A DNA stretch of 64,000 nucleotides from contig OZ241830.1 in the NCBI GenBank assembly GCA_965202585.1, forward strand, positions 18,538,001-18,602,000. Direction: 5' to 3'. This DNA is from Thalia democratica. Taxonomy: Eukaryota. The position numbers and the translations under genes are program-made. Position 1 is the first letter of the stretch. Every line of letters begins with the position of its first letter. Shown piece after piece: positions 11,816 through 25,659 of the stretch. The notes beneath the pieces were generated by a model, which saw only the letters and a program-made list of their open reading frames with translations, did no database searches and was not told the DNA's origin.

Positions 11816-14800
11816 TCTTTTTTTGATTTATTTTGATTTTCAGTTAATTTAGTTTGTTGCTTGTGCCGTTTTCTTCGTGATTCTTGAATTTAAATATCTT
11901 TAAGCACTCATATTTTTAAAATATCTTTATTAGAACTTGTTTTGACTTATAACAATGATAATGAATTATTCTTAGTATATATTTATAAAAAGGGTTATTT
12001 CATTTCTATTAAATAAGATACTGTTAAGAACTTTAAAAATAAAATTGAACTTTAGCAGACAGCAGGCTATATCATTAAACTTAAGTTTAAATTTCTATAT
12101 ACAAGTTGTGCTTCTTAAAAAGTTACTTTTTTTGTGTTAGTACTTAGACATAAGTAGTTCGACTATCTTTCAGTTAATATTACTGGAGATGTTTACCCTT
12201 CCAAACTTTAAAAAAAATCTTTTCCTCACATAAAATAATAAATATTTCTGAGTTCAGCCAACGAAGTTCGTATAAAATATTGATAAATTGAGAAGTTTCA
12301 TTGTGTAGTGTCACGGGAATAGAATGCGTGAGCGTTCCACGACTTTTATGTTATGGCACAGGATTGATAAATACGTAACTTTGACGTGAACATTTCATTT
12401 TCTTTGTTTGGTGACACTGGAGTAGTAGGTGATTTCTGATCACAAAACTAATAATGTGTATCCCACAATTACTGAATAAAAAAAATTAATGAAAAGCTCT
12501 CGCAATAACAAGTTAAATATTAAAAATGCTGCTGACCCTAAAATTTGCATGTCTTTTATGCGAAAAGAAAGTACACTTATTATAGTTTTGAACAAAGTAT
12601 TTGCGATCTCCAGACTTTTTTAAAAACTGTATTAGAATAGCACTCATCTCTGGTCGTTTAATAACTTATAGTTTCTTATTTGTTTAAAGTTTAACTTATT
12701 CAATAATTTTATGAAAACAAGCCTGCTGCTGATAAATGGCTGCTTTTGAAATAATAGTACCAAAAAGTATATTATTTTACCTGATTATATTTGAAAAATT
12801 ATACACACAATTGCTTGTCATAAAACGTTAAGTTTTTTATTTGAAAATAAGAGTTTTTAAAGTTAGGAATTCAAAATAATATAGTTTCTAACTTATTACT
12901 ACTAAATTACTTGACAAATTACTACTTTTAAAACACTTCTGTATGTTTTATTAACTAATAATTAATTATTTTTTATGAGCCTTAGCGCTTGAAGTTAAAT
13001 TTTTTTGTTTAATAATTAAAGTTATATAAGACTGAATGTAGATTACAATCTTAAACTATTTATGTTTCATTAGTTGAATATTTGCAATGTTTTAGAGTAA
13101 GTTCACTTATAAATTGATATAGTAACAAAGAAATAGAGTAACTCGGATGTTAATTTACTGTTATAATATATCATATTTAACTTAATGTCATGACTTGACA
13201 ACTTTTATACACTTGATTTGTGGTTATTCTACTGGCTTAAAAAAAAAAACTATTTTTATATTATTTTTATGATATACAATGCATTAATATTAATATAATT
13301 AAATAAATACTGAAACTTTTTTATTTTTTATAGTTTTATTATATTTACTTACAAACACATTTTTTAATGTAGAAAGTGTGTTTGGCGTTCGTAAGTTAAT
13401 TTTTGTAATATAAAACATTTTTTAAGACAAAAGCAGGTAATGCTTTTAATTTAAACTATCAAAAATTTAAGGAAACTTTATATACTTATAAATTCTAAAG
13501 GAAAACTTCAAACGTAATTATGTAATTGAACTTGGCATTGACTTTAATAACAAAGATTTAAGATTCATTTTTGCCATTTTACGAGCAGTAAAAGAAACTG
13601 AAAATTCACTGTTAACATGCCATGCGAAGTTGCTTACGAGTTAAGTAGTTAAACTAGTAATTTAAAAAGGACCAGATTTTTTGCGCTTTCTTAAAAACCA
13701 AAAATATATATTATTTAATCAAATAATGTAAACAATATACATATACAAGTAAAAAGAATATAGATAATTAATACGAAAACTACAACAGACAGACTATACA
13801 TATAGTAACTATAAATCATAAAATACTTCTAAGCATGACATAATGAGAATAAACTTAATAAGTAATTTGTAATTTAAGACAACGAAAGTCCTACATCGAT
13901 GCTTAAACCCATAAAATGCCTTACGCATAATATCAACTCTACCGTTACCGCAACAAATCACAACTGCTCGTGAAACTACAATCAAAAGTTTATATACCTA
14001 TTGTTTATACACTTTTTAAGCAAACATTAGTGGACGTTTTTAGGCATTAAGTAAGATTGTTGAAAATAGATAAAGCTACTCATAATTTATGTTTTGATAT
14101 AATTTATTTTAATAGTCTAAATTAATAAGTATTTAAAGCAAAGTATTTATTTTATTATTTAAATAATTTATTTAAATTAACTAAATGATAACAGTTATTT
14201 TTAATTTATGTTCACAGAAATATGTTTGATAGTTATTGTATCATTATAGCAATTAATATTTAAAGATTAATTGTATTTTGTAACTTTTTTACTGAAAAAT
14301 TATTATAACTTTATCAATAGATATAAATCACTATAAGTAATCAAAATAGCTTTAAACCTACAGAGAAAACTAATTATTAAACTACAAGTTTGCCGTACAA
14401 TGTGACGTAATATATCAACAAATTGAGTTAAGTATTTCTTTTCAAATTATGTTACAAGAGACTAATAAGACAATTAGTTAATAAAATTAAGTGTTTTGGT
14501 AAGAAAAACTTCATAGTACTTTTAGGTTCTGTTTTGTTATCGATTTAAAGTCAAACGCCATACTAAATAAATTAAAGCCAGATGTTATGAAAATTTAACA
14601 ATTGTTATTTACTCCTAACGTTTTAGATTTTATCGATAAAAAAATAAAATCCAACTGAAATTTAAATTGATAAGAAAGTTTAACTTTTACGACAGTAACT
14701 ATAAAAAATTATCAGATGCTTGTAAAACGAAAATAGCAAGTTTTATTTTGTTATTGTTTGAAAAATTTATTTTTGACAATTTTTTATGTGAAAATTTTCA

Positions 14801-16450
14801 AAAACTGTCAACCATTACTCCTATTTGTTTATGATTAAAGTACATTTTTACTGCTAAAATTTTATCTTAAGAAAATTCGATTTTCAATACGACGGGAATT
14901 TTATCACAAACAGGTGCGGTTAAATAATTTAAACTCCTTCTGTTGTGTTAACAATCTTTAAAACATTGTTAAAAAAGATTTAAAGTTAGGCTATAAGATT
15001 GTATCGTAATAATTTAAAGTTTGAAAATAAACATTCCTAAAGTTATTAAGTATTGTGTAGTTATTATACACGAATTGTAGTTAGAATATATTAAAATATT
15101 CTAAACTTCTTATATTCTTAATGAAAACCACACTAACAAAAATAATAGCAACATAATAATACACATGACATAGTTAATTAGTTTGTAAATGTAAACAACA
15201 AAACTTTTTTTATTTTTTTATTATATAATATTTGCAATTTTTTTATGGTTTTTTGTCATATCTTTTAATTTTATGTACTTTTCATATTTATTTTTTATTT
15301 TACCAACTAAACATATGAAAATAAAATAACTTAAAATTTAGTATATGGTAGTAACATACAAAAAAAAAATCCTTTAATTGTTTCGATATTTTGAATAAAA
15401 ATAGTTTTAACAAAACTTTAAGTATAGATGCAAATTAATCCATATTAATAGTTTCCGAATTAAATAGGGAAAATTTATAACCTACACCGCAAACACTTGA
15501 ACAAATTTAATTTGCACTTAAATCAATTCTGAAAGTTATTTAACTACACATTATGTCACTTCTTATACAAAAAGTTATTTTCGAAATGTTATAACTTCAC
15601 TTGTTTAATTGTTATTATCTTAAATACTTCTCGTTTGAACTTATTGTTTTATAGTTATGATGTAAAACACATACAAAGTATCAAAAAAATCAAAAACCTG
15701 ATTTAAGTGATTGAAGTTTTAATCTTAAAACCAATAATTATTAGGTGAAGTCATTACTGTTAGTATTAGTCGAAAAATAAGATTTGTTTTAAACAAAGGA
15801 GTTACTTTAAGTGTCTTTAGAATTTGTTTTGAAAATGTTTTGTCTATTTTTAAAATCAAAGTATTTAATTTTTAACCAACTTAAATAACATAAATGAAAC
15901 CATATAAATTTTACATTTTTAATTTATAAGTTACATTTTAAGGTATTATAATATAAAATTCTAAAACATGTAAAAAATTGAATATTTGTTATTATGTAAT
16001 TATTGTAACAAGTAGTGGTGCTTGAAAAATAATAAACAAATTTTAATTAATGGCAAAAAATGTAGTTAATATGTATAAAATGTTGAAATAGTAAAGATTG
16101 ATGTACATCCGAATGAGCTGAATTATTCAAAGATCATCTTGTTATAGTTGAAAATATTTGGTCAAACCTCAAAAAAATCCCATTCACAACCTCTTCGTGG
16201 CGGTCCATTCACAATTTTGACTAGCATTCACAATCTCTTCGTCCATGAAATCGGTTGGTTTCCTGGATTCCCATGTCCAGTCCCTGGCCGGGTCGGTTGT
16301 AAATTCCTCTGAGCGGTTCCGCTGTCCATCTTTTATGTTCTAGGTTGTCAGTTTTTGCGTAATTTGATTCTCATTTGCTTGTGGTTCGATAGTTATTTGT
16401 CTTCGTGGGCGCATTCGACTGTTAATCTTAAAGGTAATAGGTTTGTAGGC

Positions 16451-16468
16451 CGTTGTGGAGTTACGCCA
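16451..16468 (-). other. Primer-binding-site-like sequence TGGCGTAACTCCACAACG
   Basis: TGG (complement of tRNA CCA) immediately follows the 5' LTR on the minus strand. The cognate tRNA was not identified. Confidence 0.65.
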
Positions 16469-17107
16469 TGTAACCGTCCTCAATTACGATGTTGTTAGAT
16501 TGGTTTAGCTGCTCTTAAATAAGATAACAAGAAACGGTTATTTAAAGTATTACAGACGTTCGGATGGAACGCAGGCTTAATTTGATATACTAGTACTTAC
16601 CATGAAAATAATAATATAAAAACTAGTTATTAGTGCACGTGATTTTATATACAACATTAATAAACACATCGTGAAATAAGTGAAAGAAAAGAAATTAAAA
16701 CCAATTACTTCTGATAAGAGCCCAGTAGGCACATATACTAACTACTAAACATTTTGTTGAAATGTACAGAAAGTAGACTGGACGATAAAGTATTCTATCC
16801 ACATTCTATCAATAAAACCCTTCTCGATTGTTCATCATACGATTCGCAATCCTGTCGTCAACACGTAGTTTTGTGCGTTCTCTCCCCCGGTAGTAATACG
16901 CCGACTCGCGTCTCTCCCGTCACTAATCCGCCTACTCGCGTCTGCAAGCTAAGTTTTAAACTCTTTCTCTCAAATTTACTTCACGCTTCTTTTTCTCATT
17001 TTCTATTCTCAATACTAGTTGTGACGTCACTGAAAACATTGAAATTCTTTAACTTTAACTCTTCTGAAATAAAACGAAACATAAAATGTAATGATTGGTT
17101 CGTTACA
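16469..17107 (-). repeat. 5' LTR (639 bp)
   Basis: Direct repeat of 9678-10314 with TGTAAC...GTTACA ends. Confidence 0.92.
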
Positions 17108-17166
17108 GCAAATAAATAAATAAAAATAAATATTTAGTTTTCATGCAAAACGACTGTATAAACATA

Positions 17167-18000
17167 CAGTACACTACCGCTTAAGTACGCAAATTGAACC
17201 CGACCAAAAAGTGCGTACTTAGCACGGGTAGTGCGTACTTTTTGACGATATAGTATAATATGAAATTTAGTTGTTTGTTTTCTTTCTTACAACTAGCCAC
17301 CAAATAATTAAGCCAAACAAACAAGTCTTTTTATTTTAAATAACATTTAATACATAATTCTAATTTGTAAATTTTTTTTATAAATCTTGAAATAATTTAA
17401 TTTTTCTATAAAAAGTTTCTACATAACTAATACGTACATTTAATATAGAAAGTCAATGTCAGTCAATGATTAGAAAAAAAAATATTAAGCTACATTTTGT
17501 TTTGTTAGAGGAAAAGTACCAAACTACATTTTGTTTACCAAACATTTTCAAAATATCGATGTATGTACATTTAAATTAATTTATGACTTAACTATTTTGT
17601 ATTTGGAGGTTTTTTTTAACTTTGTCATCTTTATTTATTTTATAGCATTACAGCTCAAATATCATTATTCTTTTTTACTTTTCTGCAACTACTACATAAG
17701 TATTTAGTTTATTAACATTTAATAACAGGACTGTCACAATCTCAGGTTACTTTAGACTACTCAGGATTACTCACCCTAGTTTAAAAGTTGTGAAAGTCTC
17801 AGGCTAACTCAGCAGGTTGGCCATTCTACCTGGAAACATAAAATAATCTGGAAAAACTTGATGATTGAAAATTTAGGCAAAAAAACTGGAATTTCTTATA
17901 AGTTCTAGTATAACATCCTTTACTTTGTCTTTCTGGATAAGTGCGTACTTAAGGCGTGATGCGTACCAAAAAAAGTGCGTACTTAAGCGGTAGTATACTG
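17167..18000. mobile_element. Tc1/mariner-superfamily (pogo-like) MITE, 834 bp
   Basis: ~25-bp TIR CAGTA(C/T)ACTACCGCTTAAGTACGCA with subterminal GTGCGTACTT repeats. TA is duplicated on both sides, and the empty site has a single TA in B (~34348) and C (~60980). Confidence 0.93.
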
Positions 18001-18403
18001 TATTTTAATAATCAGTAAAAATAATAAGATATATAACATATAAATAAAGATATATCAATTATACATTTAGGGTCATCTAAAATAAAATAATTTTTATTTT
18101 TTTAACTAGTTTTTTAAAGCTTTAAAAATAATGAGAAGATTGTCAATTTTATTTATAAAAGTATCTAAAACTGTAAACTTAAAGTGATTTATAGTTTTCT
18201 TTGGTCTATGTATTATCAGAGGTTGTTTTGCATTTGATTTAATGATAATATCTCACAACATAGAGTTTTAAACTTTGATAGATTTAAACTTATTTATCTG
18301 GACCTTATTATAAATTGATGATCCGTATGGATCCTGGTTATACTTGAAACTATAAGTTCAACATATATAATTAAGTTATTTAAACAATAGCAAAGAAACA
18401 AAC

Positions 18404-18986
18404 CTTTACTAATTACTGCTTCAATATTGTTGATAGCATCTTCACAAGTATTTACATCGATTTCGTTTTCTTTTACTTCTAACTTTTGCTCCTCAATAGT
18501 TTCTTCTTTTTCATTAAGCAATCTTCTTTTCCTTTTCAACCGGCACTTTGTTAAGTTTAACTTACTGATTTTTTCATTCAAGTTTTTAATTTCTTTCTGG
18601 AAACCTCTCAAGAACACCTTACACAAGCTGTAGCCTTTACAGTTGGTTTTGTAAGTTTCCTTTAGACGGGTTTTTTCTTTATCTAACTTCTTAATGATTT
18701 TTACCATGGTCATCCTTTTGTTTGCTTCATACTCAACAACTTTATCAAAGAAGCTCAAAGTATCATTTGAACAATCACTGTAGTCAAGTTCTTTATTCAC
18801 ATTAAAGTGAACTTTAACTATTTTTTCTTCCTGTAAATCTTGTCTACAAATTGGACATTTCTTATTCTCACCTTTTATTACGTTTGATATGCAGCCTTTG
18901 TGAAAGGTATGACCACACGGTGTGACAGATACTTCTGTGTCTACTTTGAATAATCTATCCAGGCATATACAACATTCGTACTCCAT
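18404..18986 (-). CDS. Copy A exon 1: RING-H2 finger plus coiled coil (gene disrupted downstream)
   Basis: CxxC...CGHTFHKGC...CPIC is a C3H2C3 RING, TRAIP-like in spacing. Donor AAAG|gtttgt at 18404/18403. ORF track 18294-18986. Confidence 0.88.
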
Positions 18987-19552
18987 TATTACTTTTAATT
19001 TTAATATTTTGAAACTTTAAAATATGTTCAAAATGATTATTAAATACTTTCAAGTTTACTTTTTAAGTAATAATAATACTTAAATGAAAGAAACGTAAGA
19101 AAATTTTGACTGTTTTATCTAAAAAATATAAAACAAATTAATTTTGTTAAATTTGATAACAAAACTCTCAATATCATATTTTAAGTCAAAACCTTAAGTC
19201 TAGTCTAGTTTGCATCATAGCTTAAAGCTGTAATTTACTTTGAAATAGTGTAAAAAAATGCCTAGTTTTTTAAAAATACTTTAGAATCGCTTATTTCTCT
19301 AGGTGTTTAATAGTAAAATGCTCTGCAAGATGGTTGTAATACTAGTATGCATAAAATGTTTTTTATTGTGCAAAGAAGTTTTTAATAACTTTTGTTTTTC
19401 TTATTTTACTATAAAAATTTAATCAGAACAAATATTTAAAATGTACTTAATTAGTGATATATATATTAAGCCAGTGATCTTCAAGCTAATCAGAATCTGT
19501 GTACACAAAACTGTAAAAAAAAAATTGGGTCTCTAATATACTATTTTAAAAG

Positions 19553-19667
19553 GCGCCGCTAGTGGTAGGACTACGTAAACACTTTTATTAGTATATTTCT
19601 TTTTAAAAAGATATTTTTGAAGCTTTATGTTAATGAGATATGTTTTCATGGAACCCACTAGCGGCGC
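19553..19667. promoter_or_regulatory. GC-rich 13-bp inverted repeat GCGCCGCTAGTGG / CCACTAGCGGCGC upstream of the RING exon
   Basis: Perfect IR in A, near-perfect in B (35899-36013), one half kept in C (59430-59441). Function is inferred only. Confidence 0.4.
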
Positions 19668-22600
19668 TAATATATCATTACTAAGTTTATATTTACATGA
19701 AAACCTTTAGATAACACAATTTAATATTTCATCTTAGTTTTATAGAACCTTTTTATTTGGTTTACCTTATTTTTACAGTGATATTTTAGTTATATGGCTT
19801 TGTCTTACATACTTATTAATTGAGCACATATCCGCAATCACTACAAAATCCCCAGTACAGTATTCTTAAACTATTTTATTTAATATTAAATACATACTTA
19901 AACTAATTCTTTATCTTTTACTTTGTGAGTATTATCTTCCTTAAAAATGATATTAAACTAATATAAAAATAAGAACAAAAAAAAAAAGAATTAAAAACAG
20001 CTAAATTAAAATTAATGTATATCTTTATATCTCTGTACAATTGATGCTGAATTTTTTTCTTTCATAGACTGAATTTTTGTATTTCAAAATAAGTTCTGGG
20101 TTGTAACTGATTGTCACTTCTTTCTGTTATAGAAATAAATACTTTAATTTTAACTATATTTTCTTATGAGGTTTTTTACAAATAAATACTGTATTTTAAG
20201 ATTTTAGCAAGGCTTAGTAATTTAGTTTAGAGTTTGTCACTCTTTTAAGTAAAAAAAAAAACAATATTAATTGACAAAAAAACAGTTTGTAATTCTTTAA
20301 GCTACTTTAAATAAAAAAAAATATTTATGTTTGCTAAAAATTTAATAACAAATTAAGAAAGCTTGAATGAATCTAATATCAATTAATCGAAAAATAGCCA
20401 ATATAAAAATTAGTCTAATATACAAAAAAATATCTATCTATTCTAACTTTTCAATATTATTCAAACAAACATGTGTCAGCATAAGTTTTTCAAAAATAAT
20501 TACTGTGCTTAAGTCTCCAAACTTTTAAAATAGCATTAAAGTTATCCTGAGTAGTTTGAGTGAAAACTCTGTTTTTTAAACAACTGAGTTTCATTATTGC
20601 TTTCTAATCTAGTATAATTAATATCAACAAATATCAATAATTGCGCTGTCGATTAAAATCGGTTTTGTACATTAAATCAGGATATCTTACTGTAAATATT
20701 TAAAACTTGATAATGTGTTGATTTTTGATTTTAGCTTAGTTTATTAAAAGAAGTTAGATAAAAATTAGAAATCTATTAATTAAATAATTAAAATACAAAA
20801 AAAAAAGTTAAAATGAAAATCTTATAATTTGAAATAATAATAAATCTAGTTGTACTTTCACCAAAAGAAAATGATTTTATTATTTAGTCAAACATTGAAA
20901 GTAAAGTTTATTAACAAAGTTTGACAGTGTTGTAATCCTTTTAGTCAAAACTGTTCTGATGGATTAGAAACTGTCTTGAATGACTTTGAACTTACCTGTA
21001 GTCACCCAGGACTACTTTTCTTTTAACAGTTAAAAATTTTTGAAAGCCAAGGAAAACCAAGCTCTTCAACAAAAATTACCACAAAGTAATAAAATATTGA
21101 AACTAAACCAACTATATCTCAATTTAAAGGTAGAAAGAACTGACTTGAAATTTCAAATCTATTTTGAGATAAAATAACCTCTCTGAGCAAACCAGAGTTT
21201 TGAAAACAAATTTAAAACTTATTCAGTTATCCTGTGTCATACTCAGATTTTAAAAAGTTACAAAGTATCCAGGATTATTCTTAATTAGTGGCATTCTTTT
21301 TAGTTACCTGAATTATCATAGTTATAACAGACAGATTATTTGAAACATTTATTTTAAGGCAAAAAAGGTTGTTAATTAAAATTAAAAAATAGCCTTAAAT
21401 TCAAAATAAAATATTATTAAACTAAGATGAACATTTTTTAAAATCCATATGTGTACAAGTTTTAATTAGAATATCAAAATACCTTAAGTACCTATATTTT
21501 TGCAAGTACAAAATAAAAAGTTTGGGAAACCCTGGTTTACATATAGTACTTTTTCTCTTGAAAAACTTTTTTTTGTGAATCATTGCAGAATTAATTTTCA
21601 TATTGGCTTAAATTTACAATTAATTTATTACAATTTAGTTGTTTTAACTCTTAAAGTAAATTATTCTTTACAATAAGAGCTCTAAAGGTTAAGAGCAGGT
21701 AAGTATAACAAGACATTTTTATTCCAGAGTTAACTTTTTTATACTACTAACAATTTATAAATTCTATGTTTAAAGTTGTCTTATTATGGTTTAAAATAGT
21801 TGCTCCTACCACAGAGTTGCCATTTTTTAAGGCAAAATAGAATATTTGATTTATGAAAACTAAATTAAGTGGTATTAATTTAGCCTTAGGTGTTTTCAGT
21901 TTGTACAATAATTTAAACAACTAAATAAATAAAAAGTTTGAATACCTACTTCTGATCAATTATGAATACCAAATAATTCAAAAAAGTAAGTAATTTGTTA
22001 CAATAAGAAATATAAGAGCTATAGAAACATAAATTTCAAGAAAAACATTTAAATCATAAAATAAAGCCTGATGTTTAAAAAATTTTCCAAATTATCTCAA
22101 CTTTCGCAACAAATTATTAAAAAAACTTGAGTTAGCCTGAGTTGATAAGAAATTTAATAATTTTAGACTTAAAGCACTTTATTTAAAGTTGTTATTAAAA
22201 TATCTTATTTTTTAACAAAAAAAAACTCTACTTGATTAAAAAAACTAGACAGTAGAACAGCCTCTTGATTTTATAAAATTTGAACATTTAAAATCAAAGG
22301 TAAAAAAAAATAAATAAAAAAGTACAAAATGTTAAAACAAGTTTAAAAACCTGTTTTGGTTAACAACTATACAAACTTAAAATATATTTTGCAATTTAGT
22401 TTGAGTTTTCTTTTAAAAAACTTTTAATAATTTATAAAATTAATACAACAACAAAGTCAACTTAGAACGAAAAATTTGTACTTTTAATTTGCTCCTAATA
22501 CAGGGTTGCAATTTTTTAAATAAAAAACAGCCATTATAAATAACCAAAGCTTAGAATGAGTTACATTAATCTAGTAAGAGTTAGCTTAAACTCATGAAAA

Positions 22601-25600
22601 AGTTTGAATAAATATATTTTAAGTCTTATACTTAAAAACTTCTGTTATTAAGTATAAAAAATTTAAATTGTAATTAAATTTCACAAGGTCAATGGTCTTA
22701 AAAGAAACATAAGATTCAAGGAAAACAAATACTTTAAGTCATAAACACAAATTTTATATAAAAATATCCAAACCAGCCTGAGTTTTTCAAAAACTTATCA
22801 AAAATCCTGATTTGGTCTAAACAAGCCTAAGTTACCCTAAATTAAAAAAAAAACTAGTTTGAACTATTCAATGTAACTTAAAAGTAAGACAGTCTTTTTA
22901 TTTTTTAAATGATTCTTTATACCTTGTTTACATTTTTAAAGTCAATAATCAAAAATAAAAAAACTAGTAAATAAGCACAAGTTTTAACAAGTGTAAAAGT
23001 TAAAAGTATGTAGAGTATTTATTTCTCTCTTTTTTAAAGGGCGGCACATTCACCATTAAACAGTTCTATAGTGGCTCATCTTACATGCATAAAAACTAAA
23101 ACATAAGTAGGACTATAAGTACACTAAAACAAAAATCTAAATATTAATATAATTTCTCTCATATTGAAGTTATGTTATAAACTAGAAATGTGTAAAAACA
23201 ACTTTTAAAATTATATAACCTTTAAGTTAATTGGCCCCAACATTAAATTTAAAAGTATTTGATTAAAAGCTAGTACAAAATTATTTTGCTATCTAAAGAT
23301 ATATAGGATTTACTACCCCAGTTAAAGACCCAGACTTGATACTCGCCTATACTTTTGGTGAACTAAGTGTAATAAAATTTTAAAAGTAAAAATAAAAACA
23401 GGGCAGAAAAAATAACATAACATGCTTAAAATGTGAAAACCCTTTTTAATACAGCTGATTTATAAATTATATGCAATAAAATAAACTTTCTACATATAAA
23501 TTAGTTATGAACAAAAAAAAATAATGTAACGTGATAAAACTTGAAGATAAATTAATCATTACTGAAACAAAACTAAATATCAAGATAGTGAATAGTTTAC
23601 ATCTTTAAATATTTGCTGATAGTGTTGTTTTTTATAGAAACCTTCTTTTATCAATTTTCACAGGTCTGATTTTCATTTAGGCTTTGATTTACTAAACATT
23701 TATTAAATTTTTATTATTATAACATTTAATAAAAGTTATTTTTACAAACAGAGCTCTACAGGTTAGTAAGTTTAATACTTTTTTATATCTAGAATCAATT
23801 GTTTTACTCTTTTAGTAGTTTTTAAGCTCTTTGTTAAAAATTGTCGTGTTCTTATTTAAAACAAACGTTCATACTACACTGTTGCCATTCTTTGAGGCGA
23901 AACAGTATACTTGATTTACTAAAACCAGACTGATGTTTATCAATCTAGCTTAAGTTGTCTTCAGTTTGTAAAATAATTTAAACAACTACACTGTCAAAAA
24001 GCTTTGAAAACTACTTTTATTTAAGTAAAATTACTTATAAATACAAAACAATAAGCTAAGGTTTAAATAAAAACATAGCTCTAAGCAAAAGTGTCATAAA
24101 ATAACTCAAGTGATTAATAAAAACATGTCTAAACTAATCTAAGATTTGAAATAAATATCAAATTGATATGTTCTTGAAAAAATATTATTACATATAATAA
24201 AGATTTCGTTTTCTTACCAAATTTTGTATGTTGAATGTTGAACTTATTGAAATTATACATTATATGAGAAATACTATTTCAATATGACACTTTTGTCTCA
24301 ACACAAGCTTGTTAGTATTATTTCAACATTCGAATCTTGTTTGAAATTATTTTTCATAAGTTTACTATTGTGAATATTTTTCTTATATCTAAGTATTTAT
24401 AACTAAATTGGATTTTTCTTACATCATGTTTCCAAAGTTTTTTTTTTTTACTATTTTAGTATTTTTAACTATTTACATTTTAAATTGACAATTTTTCAAA
24501 ATTTTGTCTCATACTATTTTATTTAAGTATATTACAAATCTAAGCCTACTCAGTCTAGCTAGATTTTCAATAAAGCTTTAAGTCAATAATTGTAGCTGTT
24601 TATATTGACATATGACATTTTTATATGGAAACTCTTAAATAGAAATAACTTGAAAGCACTTATTTTTGTATACTAAGTAACAATGTTCTAAAAATAAACT
24701 TTTAAATGATGATAACTGAAATGAAAAAGAAATTGAATTAATTTTGCAAACTTTTTCCAATTTTTAAATTGGCAATATCAAATTAGGTTTCAATTTTTTT
24801 AAGCGTGTTGTATTGATTTTACAATTAATTTTATTTTGTTTTAAGTTTTTTTTTTTTTAGTACACTAAAAACCAGATGTATATCTACCAGGGGCGTGTTT
24901 TGACTGGATTCCTGTTTCCTGTGAACCACCTGTGAAAAACAGAAAAGAATAAAAAACATTCTTAGAATATCAGCAATATCGTTTATTGACTTTGTTTTGG
25001 TTATTTGATAAACTTTGAACAATGAATGTTTAATTTATAACAATGACAGATTGAAAAGTTCCAGTAACAAAAATGCTCGTTTTTGACCAGCTGAAATAGA
25101 TTTAAATAAAATTTTAATTACGACGTCATAATAGGAAAAAGTGTAAAAGTAGCTATTTTTCTAGGAAACTTTTTACTAAGATGCTCTAAGTTCCCATTAT
25201 AACTTTTAATTAGGGTAAATAACTTTTAATTAAGTATTGCTTTTGAACTAGTAAGTACAATTTAACTTAAAAAATTTCCAATATAATCACTAAATTTTTA
25301 CTTTACTTAGTTTGTTGTATATAATAATGTTGTGTGAAGATTTTGTCTATTGTTGTATAATAAAGTTGTGTTTGTACTTAAACATTTATATTATTTGTTT
25401 ATGTGTCAACCAACTGGGTTTAAACATTGAAAAGTTCAATTCAGAGAGTTTGAAAATTATCATTAGACAACTAAACCACCTGGAAATGTATTCTTTTATT
25501 ATTTACTGGTACTTTAATATTTTTATTTAAGTTGTTTTATTTTTGTATATCTGTTGGCCACAAAGTTTATCTTGATTTTTAAAAAATTTAACTCAATAAG

Positions 25601-25659
25601 ACTTCAAAATCATCATTAGAATCCCTGCACCATCAGGAAAATATTTGAATAAAATTTAA

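Larger units (their letters stand above)
9678..17107 (-). mobile_element. Non-autonomous LTR retrotransposon (LARD-like), 7.4 kb, in intron 1 of copy A
   Basis: Two ~638-bp direct repeats with TGTAAC...GTTACA ends, a PBS-like TGGCG next to the right LTR and a purine tract next to the left LTR on the minus strand. No gag/pol ORF. Absent at the matching site in B (~34290) and C (~61030). Confidence 0.88.

Noticed and set aside
11035-11852. Three long overlapping His/Ser-rich ORFs
   Set aside because: They come from a 31-bp minisatellite that cycles through the frames and lie antisense to the LTR element.
18427-18633. Short antisense ORFs over the RING and coiled-coil exons (also 34773-34979, 60354-60560, 33256-33447, 61881-62072)
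   Set aside because: Shadow ORFs of K/E-rich coding sequence, conserved only because the sense exon is.
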